Source: an uncultured Candidatus Saccharibacteria bacterium
GTDB taxonomy: Bacteria; Patescibacteriota; Minisyncoccia; Phycocordibacterales; UBA918
Length of the DNA: 64,000 nt
NCBI GenBank assembly: GCA_964353135.1
Contig: CAYGTV010000003.1
Location: 26,718 to 90,717, forward strand
Direction: 5' to 3'
Made by a program: the position numbers and the translations under genes
Notes under the pieces: generated by a model
The model's input: only the letters and a program-made list of their open reading frames with translations
Told to the model about the DNA's origin: nothing
Database searches by the model: none
Shown here: positions 8,367 through 20,290 of the stretch, one piece after another
Layout of the letters: each line of letters opens with the position of its first letter
How positions within the stretch are numbered: the stretch's first letter is position 1

Positions 8367-9554
8367 TTAAGTACTTTTTGGTTTTTGAAGAATTGGCAAA
8401 CTCTCAAACATCGGAACTTGCTCTCCCGTAAACGGAGCAAGCAAACTCCTTGTTTTTTCATGCCTCTTTGTGGCACGAGCGAGTTTGGTGGGTATGATTA
8501 ATGACGGCTTGGTATCATGAATCAGACCCTGCACCAGCGTCTCTGGACTGGTTCGCTCACGCAACCAAAACTGTCCGATGTCATAATAGGTGCCAGCAGG
8601 CACACCATACTTACACCAAGGAGCAATGGCGCAGCCACCACAAGAGCGATCATGTAGTCGGCGATACGCCGGAACGGCCCAATCAACATCGTGCGGCACA
8701 CGCACCTTTTTATCCTTGATAATACGACCGTCGCCCATCTCAACATCCATGTACGTGACACGAGACTTTGTATACGGAGCCTTACGACACAACTTTAGCG
8801 ACCAGAGCCAAATCACATCACCATATTCAACAGCGGTGAGACTAAACTCTCTTTGCAGCCACTTTGCCAACTCAATTCCGAGGTGTTCTACCGCCTCGAA
8901 TCGTATACGCACAGTTCCAAACACAACTATCATCATAGTCGATAGATATACACGTAGATGATGAAAATCAACCGGAGCAGAAAGTTCATTGTGAGGAATC
9001 AGTCCAGTGGCAGCCAAAAAGTAGCTCAGCATACTAGACATTTTCATCTGAAAACCTTTAAACCCACGATATCCGTTACGGCCAATGATCCTGTCATACA
9101 GCTCTTGCTCAGAGACAGTACCTTTGAAGATATTTCTTGGATCTGCATCCCAATCTTCCAACAGAACTATTGAATTGTCGAACCAAAAAACACCAATTTG
9201 ATCAAATCGCCAAGAGATGTACCCATACAAAATCAAACCAATTTCCCAAGGATTACTTTTCGCGACTTGCACAGGATCAAACAACCAACGTTCATTTTTC
9301 CAAAGTCGAATGAGTTGTTTGAAAGCATCACTACTGACAACTGTGCCACGCATATACAAACATGCGTAGAAGAGGAACAAAGCGAATTGCAGTGGTTTTG
9401 ACGCAATTTCTTTTGGAACCAAATTTTGCGGCAAATCAGTCTCTGGCCGATCGTACGGATACTTACCTCTATGATAGAGGTCAAGCATAGGCTCAAACGC
9501 TTCTCGCGCTCTGGCCTTGTCTATTTTTCCTTCTATCATCTTGTTTTCTCCCAA
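8367..9554 (-). CDS. HhH-GPD (endonuclease III-like) DNA glycosylase-like protein with Fe-S motif
   Basis: HhH-like FKGFQMKMSSML, PVDFHHLR, C..CGGCAIAPWC. Confidence 0.6.
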   Translation of the reverse strand: MGENKMIEGKIDKARAREAFEPMLDLYHRGKYPYDRPETDLPQNLVPKEIASKPLQFALFLFYACLYMRGTVVSSDAFKQLIRLWKNERWLFDPVQVAKSNPWEIGLILYGYISWRFDQIGVFWFDNSIVLLEDWDADPRNIFKGTVSEQELYDRIIGRNGYRGFKGFQMKMSSMLSYFLAATGLIPHNELSAPVDFHHLRVYLSTMMIVVFGTVRIRFEAVEHLGIELAKWLQREFSLTAVEYGDVIWLWSLKLCRKAPYTKSRVTYMDVEMGDGRIIKDKKVRVPHDVDWAVPAYRRLHDRSCGGCAIAPWCKYGVPAGTYYDIGQFWLRERTSPETLVQGLIHDTKPSLIIPTKLARATKRHEKTRSLLAPFTGEQVPMFESLPILQKPKST

Positions 9555-9772
9555 GTTTTACATTTGACCTTCCGAGTATCTATTCTCCTGATTTACTTAA
9601 TAAAGTCAAGAAAGGCAGCAGCAATGTCGGCTTGGGTTCTTTTATATCTGTAGAGACGACACATTTGACAAAAAGTAAACTAATATGTTTTCCATACTTT
9701 TTGCTAGAGGCACGCGACTGGACATGCGATACTGAGTGTAGACACCTTTACAATTACATAGTGGAGCTACCC

Positions 9773-10543
9773 ATGAACGACTTCCTGAGTGAAGCAGACG
9801 CTTTCGAGCAAGCTAGCAAAGCGTCGCCAACAGACGACTTTTTGCCAGACTACTCAGAGAGCGCAACTGCCCTCTCTGATCCATTCTACGAGTTCAAGCT
9901 TGACCGCTACCAAGTCAGCGAGGATGAGTACGAAAAGTACGGTATCATTCCTCTAACAAGAGGCTACTTTGCCGTTGTGTCCCGCAAAGAATATAAATTC
10001 GCAACAAGTTCCAAGTTGTTTGCAAACGTTCAACTGTGTCGTAAGACTGGTCGCATAGTCAAAATCTACGCCGCCCGCCGTTCAACTTCTCAAGAAATAA
10101 GGAATGGTGCGCCTCAATACATTTATTTGCATCGAGCACTCACCAAGACAGTATTTGCTGGAAAGCGAGTAATCGTTGACCACCAAAATGGCCAGTCTCT
10201 CGATTGCAGAACCAAGAACTTACGCATAACCAACCAAAGTAGCAACGTTGGAAATATCTCTGATGAGGTAGTGAACAAAAGAACTAAATACCACGGTCTT
10301 CCAAGAGGGGTGGAACCCCTCAAAAGATCGTGGGGTACTGCTTATAGGGCAACCGTTCGCATCCGAGGTCAGAGGATTAGATCGAAAACCACGTTCACTT
10401 GTCCAGAGCGGGCAGGTCGCTGGTTCAAGCGCATGAATGCAGTGTTGCGACCAGAGGCTTGTCTGGTGAATCCTAACATGGATCCACCTTCACCAATCAA
10501 GTTTCCACCCTTGGTGGAAGTGCTGACCGATGTTCCGTTTTAA
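9773..10543 (+). CDS. HNH endonuclease with AP2-like C-terminal domain
   Basis: IPLTRG, YLHR, VDHQNGQSLDCRTKNLR, RGV..YRATVRI; GGAG before ATG 9773. Confidence 0.8.
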   Translation: MNDFLSEADAFEQASKASPTDDFLPDYSESATALSDPFYEFKLDRYQVSEDEYEKYGIIPLTRGYFAVVSRKEYKFATSSKLFANVQLCRKTGRIVKIYAARRSTSQEIRNGAPQYIYLHRALTKTVFAGKRVIVDHQNGQSLDCRTKNLRITNQSSNVGNISDEVVNKRTKYHGLPRGVEPLKRSWGTAYRATVRIRGQRIRSKTTFTCPERAGRWFKRMNAVLRPEACLVNPNMDPPSPIKFPPLVEVLTDVPF

Positions 10544-10553
10544 CAAGTTCCTT

Positions 10554-10579
10554 GAAGCCGCGGTGTGAACCGCGGCTTC
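10554..10579 (+). terminator. Intrinsic terminator after HNH gene
   Basis: GAAGCCGCGGT/ACCGCGGCTTC. Confidence 0.65.
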
Positions 10580-10955
10580 TTCACCCCTTGGTGACAGAAC
10601 TTGTATCAATCAAACAAAAACCGTTAGCTGATTGCAAACGGTTTTTGTTTATTTTGTTGTGGGGTGAGAAAGTCTGTGAGACTTTTGCAAGACCTTTTGA
10701 GAAATTTATTTTCCAAAAGATGTATAGGTTCTGTAAGAACCTGAATCGTCCCAGAATAGCGGCTCGTTTATTTCACTTCGTTCATAAACCAGACTCGCTT
10801 TCTTGGACGGCTCCTCGAATTTTTATTCGCCTGAACAGCTCATAAAAATATACTCCGGAGCTTCGATTCCGGAAGAAAACAAAACTATTTGTTTTCTGCC
10901 CCGCACATTAAGCAAAGAAAAACACCAATATAAAATCGGTGTTTTTCTTTACTTG

Positions 10956-11284
10956 TTGCGGGGCCCGGAATCGAACCGGGGTCTGGAGGTTCTGTTCTTC
11001 CAACACTTTCATGCTGGCATGGACTATCCCATATTCCTTAGCCTAACTAGTAGGAATTTTTCATTATAGTCTCTGAACCTTCCGTCCGCCTAGGCGGAGG
11101 GCTTGGCTGCCGATTGCCGAATCTTGTTTATTTTAAAGCATTCACGCTTACCCTCTCGAGTTACGTTGTAGCTAAACAAGCTCTCACGGTGTTCCAGCAA
11201 TTTCGAAAATTTTTCCACATAATATTTCTACTATGGGTCACAGTTACCCATGAGCCTCCCGAGATACCTCTTCTCTACCCCGCT
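10956..11284 (-). tRNA. tRNA-fMet(CAT), intron-containing (exons 11284-11250 and 10991-10956)
   Basis: Joined exons give a cloverleaf with A1:A72 mismatch, A11-U24 and GGAGG-CTCATAA-CCTCC. Confidence 0.88.
10992..11249 (-). ncRNA. Group I self-splicing intron (258 nt, ORF-less) at tRNA position 36/37
   Basis: P AAATTGCTGGAA, Q AATCGGCAGCCAAG, R TCAGAGACTA, S GATAGTCC; exon U at the 5' splice site pairs with G in P1 (TCAT/GTGA); terminal omega-G. Confidence 0.9.
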
Positions 11285-11381
11285 ATATATTTATTCAGTT
11301 GTGACCGAGAGTGTAACACTACCAGATTCTATTGTCTAGCAAATAAACACACATGGTATAATTACCTCCGAACTATAGAGC

Positions 11382-12056
11382 ATGGCAAAAATAAAAGAAA
11401 AAGAATCTGCATTACAACTTCGCAAAGAAGGCACGAGCATAAAGCAGATAGCAAGACTGCTGAGTGTAAGCCCTAGTACAGTTAGCGTATGGTGTCGTGA
11501 TATCCAACTATCAAAAGAGGCTATTAGCAGACTTACCCTGTCAGGAAATGACCAAGCTACTGCTGCTTTGATTGCCTACTCACAAGCAAAACGCGAGACT
11601 AGAGAAAATAATACTAAAAATAATTACGCTGTAGGAGCAAAGTTGATCGGAGGGCTATCTGACAGAGACGTACTCTGTATTGGCCTAGGTTTGTACTGGG
11701 GTGAAGGTTACAAAAATGGTAATCGAGAATTTGGTTTCACTAATAGTGATCCAGCTATGATCCAATTTTATATACATTGGTTACAAACTGTATTTAACAT
11801 ACCTACCACAGATTTAACTTTACGAGTCAGTATTAACGATCAGCACACAAATCGAATAGATATTGTGGAGAAATATTGGGCAAAAATCACTAATGTTCCT
11901 CTGAATCAATTCACAAAATCGAGTTTGATTAAAACGTTATCAAAAAAACACTATTCAAACCATCATAGGCATTATGGCACTCTTAGAATTAAAGTAAAAC
12001 TTGGTAGTGACTACCGAGAGCAAATACTAGGTGCAATTGAGCATATAAAAATTTAG
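11382..12056 (+). CDS. HTH plus LAGLIDADG-like domain protein
   Basis: N-terminal HTH (SIKQIARLLSVSPSTVSVW); GLYWGEG and FTNSDP motifs. Confidence 0.7.
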   Translation: MAKIKEKESALQLRKEGTSIKQIARLLSVSPSTVSVWCRDIQLSKEAISRLTLSGNDQATAALIAYSQAKRETRENNTKNNYAVGAKLIGGLSDRDVLCIGLGLYWGEGYKNGNREFGFTNSDPAMIQFYIHWLQTVFNIPTTDLTLRVSINDQHTNRIDIVEKYWAKITNVPLNQFTKSSLIKTLSKKHYSNHHRHYGTLRIKVKLGSDYREQILGAIEHIKI

Positions 12057-12742
12057 TCTACGCCAAATTCTCGAAAAACGCGCATGTAGCGGGCAATGGT
12101 CTCATCCGCAATTCGGCGCGTTACCACAAAATCGGCTCCTTCGTGAGCAATTTTATTTCGTACTCGGTGAGCATCCCATACATCGTCGATACTAGTAAGC
12201 TGACTAGGTGTGATGCTGCGCAATCTTTCTCCAAGTGAGTTTCCAGCATACCCTCGATCTTTTAGGGTTTGATCGAGGATTATGTCAGCCTCAATAATCG
12301 CCAACTTCCAGTCATTGGGATTTTCTGAGAGTGCGTGCTGCTGGATGTCATCAAGTCGGCCATGTTTTTTAGAAGCTCCATACGTTTCGTTCCAAATTTG
12401 ATAGTCATCCTGCATTCGCTGTTCTATTAACCCTTCGTAGTACTCTTTTCGGATGGTCGCATAAATATAGAGAATGATGAAAATCAGCGAGAGCAAGTAA
12501 GCTATAAACGTGTAGATTGACCACAACCAAGCCAATACCCCCAAAATACCACCCCCAAACAACCAGGCCCAAAATTCATTTCCACCGAAAATGGCCGCCC
12601 AGAGATCGCCAAGGAAATTGGAAGACTCGAAACCAACGTCGCCACTAGGTATATTACCCTCAGGCAGGTCACCATCAATTGGCGGCGGACGTGGGATCAG
12701 CTCTTGTCGGGGGTCAATGTTATTTTGTAGAAAGCGTAGCAT
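12053..12742 (-). CDS. Membrane-anchored protein with HEPN/DUF4145-like C-terminus
   Basis: TM segment, AIIEAD, LGERL, HRVRNKIAH; start overlaps the gatA end. Confidence 0.65.
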   Translation of the reverse strand: MLRFLQNNIDPRQELIPRPPPIDGDLPEGNIPSGDVGFESSNFLGDLWAAIFGGNEFWAWLFGGGILGVLAWLWSIYTFIAYLLSLIFIILYIYATIRKEYYEGLIEQRMQDDYQIWNETYGASKKHGRLDDIQQHALSENPNDWKLAIIEADIILDQTLKDRGYAGNSLGERLRSITPSQLTSIDDVWDAHRVRNKIAHEGADFVVTRRIADETIARYMRVFREFGVD

Positions 12743-14153
12743 CGTAGATTCGCACTCCAGCGTCGAACAGTCGTTCATCTCCGGCATGTGGTGCTATATA
12801 TTGTACCCCAACCGGGAGTGACTTACCGTCCCGCTGTACAGTACCCATCGGGAAAGAAATTGCTGGTACACCAGTTAGGTTCACTGGAACCGTGAAAACA
12901 TCTTGGCGATACATAGATAATGGATCTTCTTGCTCACCAATTTTAAATGCCGGAGTCGGCGCGGTTGGAGTCAAAATCATATCAACAGTTGCAAACACAC
13001 TAGCTAGCTCTTCTCGCATTTTTCGCCGGGCGATTTCCGCTTTTCCATAGTATGCATCATAGTACCCAGAAGAAAGCACATGGGTTCCAAGCAAGATTCG
13101 TCGTTTAACCTCAGCACCAAAACCTTCAGCTCGTGATTTTTCGTACACTTCAAGTAAATCTTTGGCTTCAGTGGTCGAGTGACCGTACCGAATTCCGTCG
13201 TACCGAGCCAAGTTAGACGATACCTCTGCTGGCATCACGATGTAGTATGCCGCCAGTCCTTTTTCAAATAGCGGTAATTCGATATCGACTACCTTGTGTC
13301 CAGCTACTTTGAGTGACTCAACATGAGTATTGAATGCTTCCAGCACATCAGGATCAATCCCTTCAGCTAGGAATGCTTTTGGTACACCAAACGTATAGGT
13401 TTCTTTTGTCTCGACTACCGGGTACGTATCATCCTCGATGGTTGTCCCGTCCATCGGATCTAACCCAGCCATTGTGTCATGTAGCAATTTTGCATCGGCC
13501 ACACTGTGCGTGAGTGGACCAGCCTGATCGAGACTCGACCCCATTGCCATCAAACCATACCGGGACACCGCACCATAGGTTGGTTTATATCCAACCAAAC
13601 CACAATAGCTGGCAGGCTGCCGGACTGATCCACCAGTGTCAGTTCCAATCGCTGCAGGAACCATGTTGGCAGCCACCGCTGCGGCTGATCCGCCTGATGA
13701 ACCGCCAGGCACCCGATCAGTATCATGTGGGTTTTTAGTTACACCAAACGCTGAATTTTCGGTCGAGCCACCCATTGCAAACTCGTCCATGTTGGCTGAT
13801 CCAATAAAAATTGCCCCTGCATCGCGCAAACGCCCGATAATAGTCGCGTCATAAATCGCAGTGTAATTTTCGAGCATTTTAGAAGCAGCAGTAGCAATAT
13901 GATCTTTGATCAAAATATTGTTTTTGATTGCCAGTGGAATACCAAGAAGCGGCTTACCTTCTGTATCACCAGCTGCATAAGCTGCGGTCGCTGCTTCAGC
14001 TGCTGCAAGTGCTTCTTCTTTATAGGTATGCAAAAAAGCGTGAATATTAGCATCCGTAGATTCGATTGTAGCGAGATAGTCAGTCACCGCCTGCGTTGGT
14101 GTATATGATCCATCTGTGTAACCAGCTATCAATTCTGAGATTGTTTTATACAT
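12720..14153 (-). CDS. gatA: Asp/Glu-tRNA amidotransferase subunit A
   Basis: Amidase signature GGSSGGSAAA, GTDTGGSVRQPA, SSNLARYDG. Confidence 0.96.
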   Translation of the reverse strand: MYKTISELIAGYTDGSYTPTQAVTDYLATIESTDANIHAFLHTYKEEALAAAEAATAAYAAGDTEGKPLLGIPLAIKNNILIKDHIATAASKMLENYTAIYDATIIGRLRDAGAIFIGSANMDEFAMGGSTENSAFGVTKNPHDTDRVPGGSSGGSAAAVAANMVPAAIGTDTGGSVRQPASYCGLVGYKPTYGAVSRYGLMAMGSSLDQAGPLTHSVADAKLLHDTMAGLDPMDGTTIEDDTYPVVETKETYTFGVPKAFLAEGIDPDVLEAFNTHVESLKVAGHKVVDIELPLFEKGLAAYYIVMPAEVSSNLARYDGIRYGHSTTEAKDLLEVYEKSRAEGFGAEVKRRILLGTHVLSSGYYDAYYGKAEIARRKMREELASVFATVDMILTPTAPTPAFKIGEQEDPLSMYRQDVFTVPVNLTGVPAISFPMGTVQRDGKSLPVGVQYIAPHAGDERLFDAGVRIYDATLSTK

Positions 14154-14157
14154 AACC

Positions 14158-14457
14158 TTATTTTGCTTTCATGATTTTCTTAACCAGCATGTGTCGCCCA
14201 GATGTCTGAGGCATTTCTCGCAACGCTGCTTCTGTATACTCTTCTGGCTGATTAGTGACCACATCATCGCGTAGTACGTTATAGCGTGCTCCTACCTGAG
14301 GTTCAGCTGCAGCCTCGTCAGCCGCTAATTCAGACACCACACTAACGTAATCAACAATTTGCGCGATCTCATCTGTGTAGGCAGTTACTTCTGCGTCAGT
14401 AAGTTCTATTCGGGCCAAGCTGGCCAAATGTTTAGTATCATCAGCTTTCATGTGCAC
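14158..14457 (-). CDS. gatC: Asp/Glu-tRNA amidotransferase subunit C
   Basis: HLASLARI, NVLRDD; directly upstream of gatA. Confidence 0.9.
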   Translation of the reverse strand: MHMKADDTKHLASLARIELTDAEVTAYTDEIAQIVDYVSVVSELAADEAAAEPQVGARYNVLRDDVVTNQPEEYTEAALREMPQTSGRHMLVKKIMKAK

Positions 14458-14484
14458 TAGCGTAGCATGATTTACATACCGTCG

Positions 14485-17076
<2,592 letters not shown>

Positions 17077-17096
<20 letters not shown>

Positions 17097-17682
17097 ATAA
17101 ATAGGTCACCGCCTGGACTTGCTGAGTACCACGCTGTCCATCGCTACGCCATGTTACCGTCGACACTACTTGCACCTGTCCGGTAGCAGTTTCTTCCATA
17201 GCTACAACCCGAGTGTACCGCGACGGAATATTACCAGCCCCTCCAACATGCGTGTAGGCGGAGCGTTGCTCAGGGGTACTATTAAAATACAATCGGCAGT
17301 TAGGGTGCTCGGCGGTAGGACAGCTATATACTCTCACTGAACCGACCAAATCAGTCGCTTGATCGATACCACATCCACCATTAAAACATTCTTGCAAAAC
17401 CCCAGAACTAGAAATATCTGTAAAATCATTCCACGCATTTCCACTTGGACGAGGGATGGCAAACTTGGGGATCAGGAGGTCATCTCGAACCGACTGAGCC
17501 AGCTCCAAGCCTTCTTGAGCTAAGAAAAATGCCATAACTTGATCGTTAGCAAAATTTGTACTTCGGGCAGAATTAGACACCAGGGTAAGTGGTCCCGTGA
17601 TCACGATTAGTAAAATTGTAATCGCCACCAGTGTTTCCACCAAGCTAAAACCAGATTGACTGTTTGTTTGTAAGTGGATCAT
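17077..17682 (-). CDS. Minor pilin (PilV-like)
   Basis: G|FSLVETL, AxxLAQEGLE. Confidence 0.8.
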
Positions 17683-18368
17683 ATGTCTAACGTTCGTTGA
17701 GTGACAGTTGTCTGGATCAGATACATACGATCCCTCGCACTGTCAGCCAAAAAATCTTCTTCTGAATTATAAGCCTCAATCACTATAGACATTTTAGGCT
17801 GCAATTGGTCTCCGGCACTGGTTCGTTCTGAACCAGACACAAAGAAATCAACATCACTAATATAGATACCATCAGATACGATTGACTTGGCATCCTCTCC
17901 ACTAAGCCGTCTATACAGCTTCCCTTCCTCCCGATCATGGAAATACGCAATTCTCGAACTACCTGTACCACCAGTCACACTACTGCCCCCCTCAGAGAAG
18001 GCAACCCCATGAAACCGAAAACCGTTTGGATTGCTAGAGTTCCCCACGTCTCCTGCGGGGCAATCACCCACCAAACTAGCTGTGAGTGACACTCCGTCCG
18101 TAAAAATCTGATTACTTCCCGATGTGGTACCGGCTGCACAATAATAGTTTGTACCCGTTCTGATTTCGCGAGTCATACTATCGAGTGCAAACGAGAGGTT
18201 GGACAAGACGCTTTGTTCGTTCTGTAGCTGACGGTTAGAAGCAATCAGGATGAGCAGTGCACCAACCGCAATAGTGATCACAACCGAAAAAAGTGCGAGT
18301 GATACGATGATCTCGATGAGAGTAAAGCCAGATTGTTTTTTTTGATTTGTACGCATATTTGTTAGCAT
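17679..18368 (-). CDS. Minor pilin (PilW-like)
   Basis: G|FTLIEII, MTREIR. Confidence 0.8.
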   Translation of the reverse strand: MLTNMRTNQKKQSGFTLIEIIVSLALFSVVITIAVGALLILIASNRQLQNEQSVLSNLSFALDSMTREIRTGTNYYCAAGTTSGSNQIFTDGVSLTASLVGDCPAGDVGNSSNPNGFRFHGVAFSEGGSSVTGGTGSSRIAYFHDREEGKLYRRLSGEDAKSIVSDGIYISDVDFFVSGSERTSAGDQLQPKMSIVIEAYNSEEDFLADSARDRMYLIQTTVTQRTLDI

Positions 18369-18997
18369 TCTAGAACTGAGATCTGTCCAGCTGAACTCAC
18401 TTCGATCTGGCGAATATCTTCACCGCAGACAGTTCCGCTACCTCCACGCAACCCAATAGTGATTAGCACAACTGGCACGTTGGATATCGACCCAGGATTG
18501 TTGTTTCTGTTACGCACAAACACGGCGTCAAAGTTAGGGCGCTGAAATACGATCGATAATTCACTGCCGATTGAATTTGGTTCAATGCTGCGTATTTCAA
18601 ACCGTGGATCTAGTAAGCCGGAAAAGCCGATGTCTTCGCCCGGATCCCAAAAATTATTGTTGTTTGGGTCGGCAGCCAGTGTAGTATCACGGAACAAACG
18701 GTATTGCTGATTTTCTCCTTCATTGAAATACACCCCCTGAACCGCCCGAAATTCCCCACTACCATCACTCGCGGAACTAATTGCTCCAAGTTGAATTTCT
18801 CGCATTGCAAGTGCTATCTCATACGCTTGACTGCGAAGTAGCACTGCACCATTAAACGCTTGCTGCCTAGTCACAACCACTGAAAGCACCAGTACAACTA
18901 TGCCGATACTCACCATTAATTCCACCATCGAAAAACCGGCGTTTTTTGGAGTACGACTGTGTTTTTTGTTAAACAAAACTGAAAAGCGATAAAACAT
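18362..18997 (-). CDS. Minor pilin (FimU-like)
   Basis: G|FSMVELM class III signal. Confidence 0.8.
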   Translation of the reverse strand: MFYRFSVLFNKKHSRTPKNAGFSMVELMVSIGIVVLVLSVVVTRQQAFNGAVLLRSQAYEIALAMREIQLGAISSASDGSGEFRAVQGVYFNEGENQQYRLFRDTTLAADPNNNNFWDPGEDIGFSGLLDPRFEIRSIEPNSIGSELSIVFQRPNFDAVFVRNRNNNPGSISNVPVVLITIGLRGGSGTVCGEDIRQIEVSSAGQISVLEC

Positions 18998-19811
18998 CGA
19001 ATTGGGTAATATATACGAGCGTCGCGCCAGCGATCATAAATGGAGCAAATGGTACGGCACTTTTCATTGTAAGGGTTTCTGCTGATAAGTGTAAGCGACG
19101 TTTTCCCCGTTCGTACTTTTGCCAGGCTAAAATCAGTAGACTAATTACTGCCCCAATCCAAAAAGAAACTACAATAAACGAAAATATTGAAGTCGCGCCA
19201 ACCCATAAACCTAGTGGAATCGCCAGTTTTACATCACCAAACCCCAGCCACTGACCCCGGGATACAAACCACAAAAAGAAAAAGAACCCAGCTCCAGCAA
19301 CACTTGCTCCAACCAAAACAGTTAAAGAATATAACGTCACTGCTCCTAACCAGTATTGCCAACTCAGCCACAGTCCCATCAGAACAGTAAGCGCCGCAGT
19401 TAGCTCATCCGGGATAATAAAATGATAATAGTCGTACACGGTAATCAAAATCAAGACGACAAACATCCCAGTTAGCCAGGCAAACATTTCGATCGATTGC
19501 GACAAAGATAATGCAACCATAAACAGAACCGCTGTTAAAGATTCGACGACAAAATATCGCACCGGTACAAATGATTTGCAACCACTGCAGCGGCCTCGCA
19601 AAGCTATATACGAAAACAGAGGGAACAATTCAAACCAACGTAGTTGTTTTGCACATGACAAACAATGAGAACTGCCGTTAAGTGACCGGCCAGTATGAAA
19701 ACGATAAATCACGACATTCAAAAAACTCCCGATGATCGCCCCTAAAATAAAAATACTGAGGTAAAAAAACCAGATAGGTATCAGCAGGTCTGTACTTAGT
19801 TGTTCAACCAT
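18969..19811 (-). CDS. pilD: Prepilin peptidase
   Basis: GSFLNVVIYR, two CxxC motifs, GFGDVKL, PFAPF. Confidence 0.93.
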   Translation of the reverse strand: MVEQLSTDLLIPIWFFYLSIFILGAIIGSFLNVVIYRFHTGRSLNGSSHCLSCAKQLRWFELFPLFSYIALRGRCSGCKSFVPVRYFVVESLTAVLFMVALSLSQSIEMFAWLTGMFVVLILITVYDYYHFIIPDELTAALTVLMGLWLSWQYWLGAVTLYSLTVLVGASVAGAGFFFFLWFVSRGQWLGFGDVKLAIPLGLWVGATSIFSFIVVSFWIGAVISLLILAWQKYERGKRRLHLSAETLTMKSAVPFAPFMIAGATLVYITQFDVLSLFSFV

Positions 19812-19817
19812 ACATAA

Positions 19818-20228
19818 TTATGGACACAAGGTCACACCAGCAGGCAACGCTGCTCCAATTTCTTTTTGCTGACCAGAGCTATCTACACACCAATGAGTGA
19901 CCGGGTCCAGCTGAGCCGAAGCAGCAAAGGCGTCTATTGTACTGTTGCACACAAACAGATTTGAATTCGCTTTAATGCTGGTGACAACTTGCAGTAATTT
20001 AGTAGAAGTTGCTATGCCGTTTTGTCCACACACTACATTAAAGTTGGCGGACTGGATTTCTTCTCCCATTCCGTTTTTATAAAAACTATCCATACTTGTA
20101 ACCACACTCGCCTCGATTCCTTTTTCACGAGCCAGATCAACTCGCTGTAGCACCACCGCTGCTAAGAGTCCTACAATCGCAATAACCACGAGTAATTCTA
20201 TCAAGGTAAATCCAAGTCTGCTTTTCAT
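19818..20228 (-). CDS. Type IV pilin
   Basis: G|FTLIELLVVIAI, WCVDS. Confidence 0.85.
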   Translation of the reverse strand: MKSRLGFTLIELLVVIAIVGLLAAVVLQRVDLAREKGIEASVVTSMDSFYKNGMGEEIQSANFNVVCGQNGIATSTKLLQVVTSIKANSNLFVCNSTIDAFAASAQLDPVTHWCVDSSGQQKEIGAALPAGVTLCP

Positions 20229-20245
20229 ACCCATAACTATAGCAA

Positions 20246-20274
20246 ACAAAAAAGCGCCAAAGGCGCTTTTTTGT
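20246..20274 (-). terminator. Terminator after probable major pilin
   Basis: AACAAAAAAGCGCC/GGCGCTTTTTTGTT. Confidence 0.7.
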
Positions 20275-20290
20275 TAGATTACTGCCTCTA

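Noticed and set aside
11114-11476. 120-aa ORF as an intron-encoded protein
   Set aside because: It is antisense to the tRNA and intron, crosses the exon and shows no motifs.
8367-12056. Prophage remnant
   Set aside because: No structural, terminase or integrase genes are present; only isolated nuclease-type genes.
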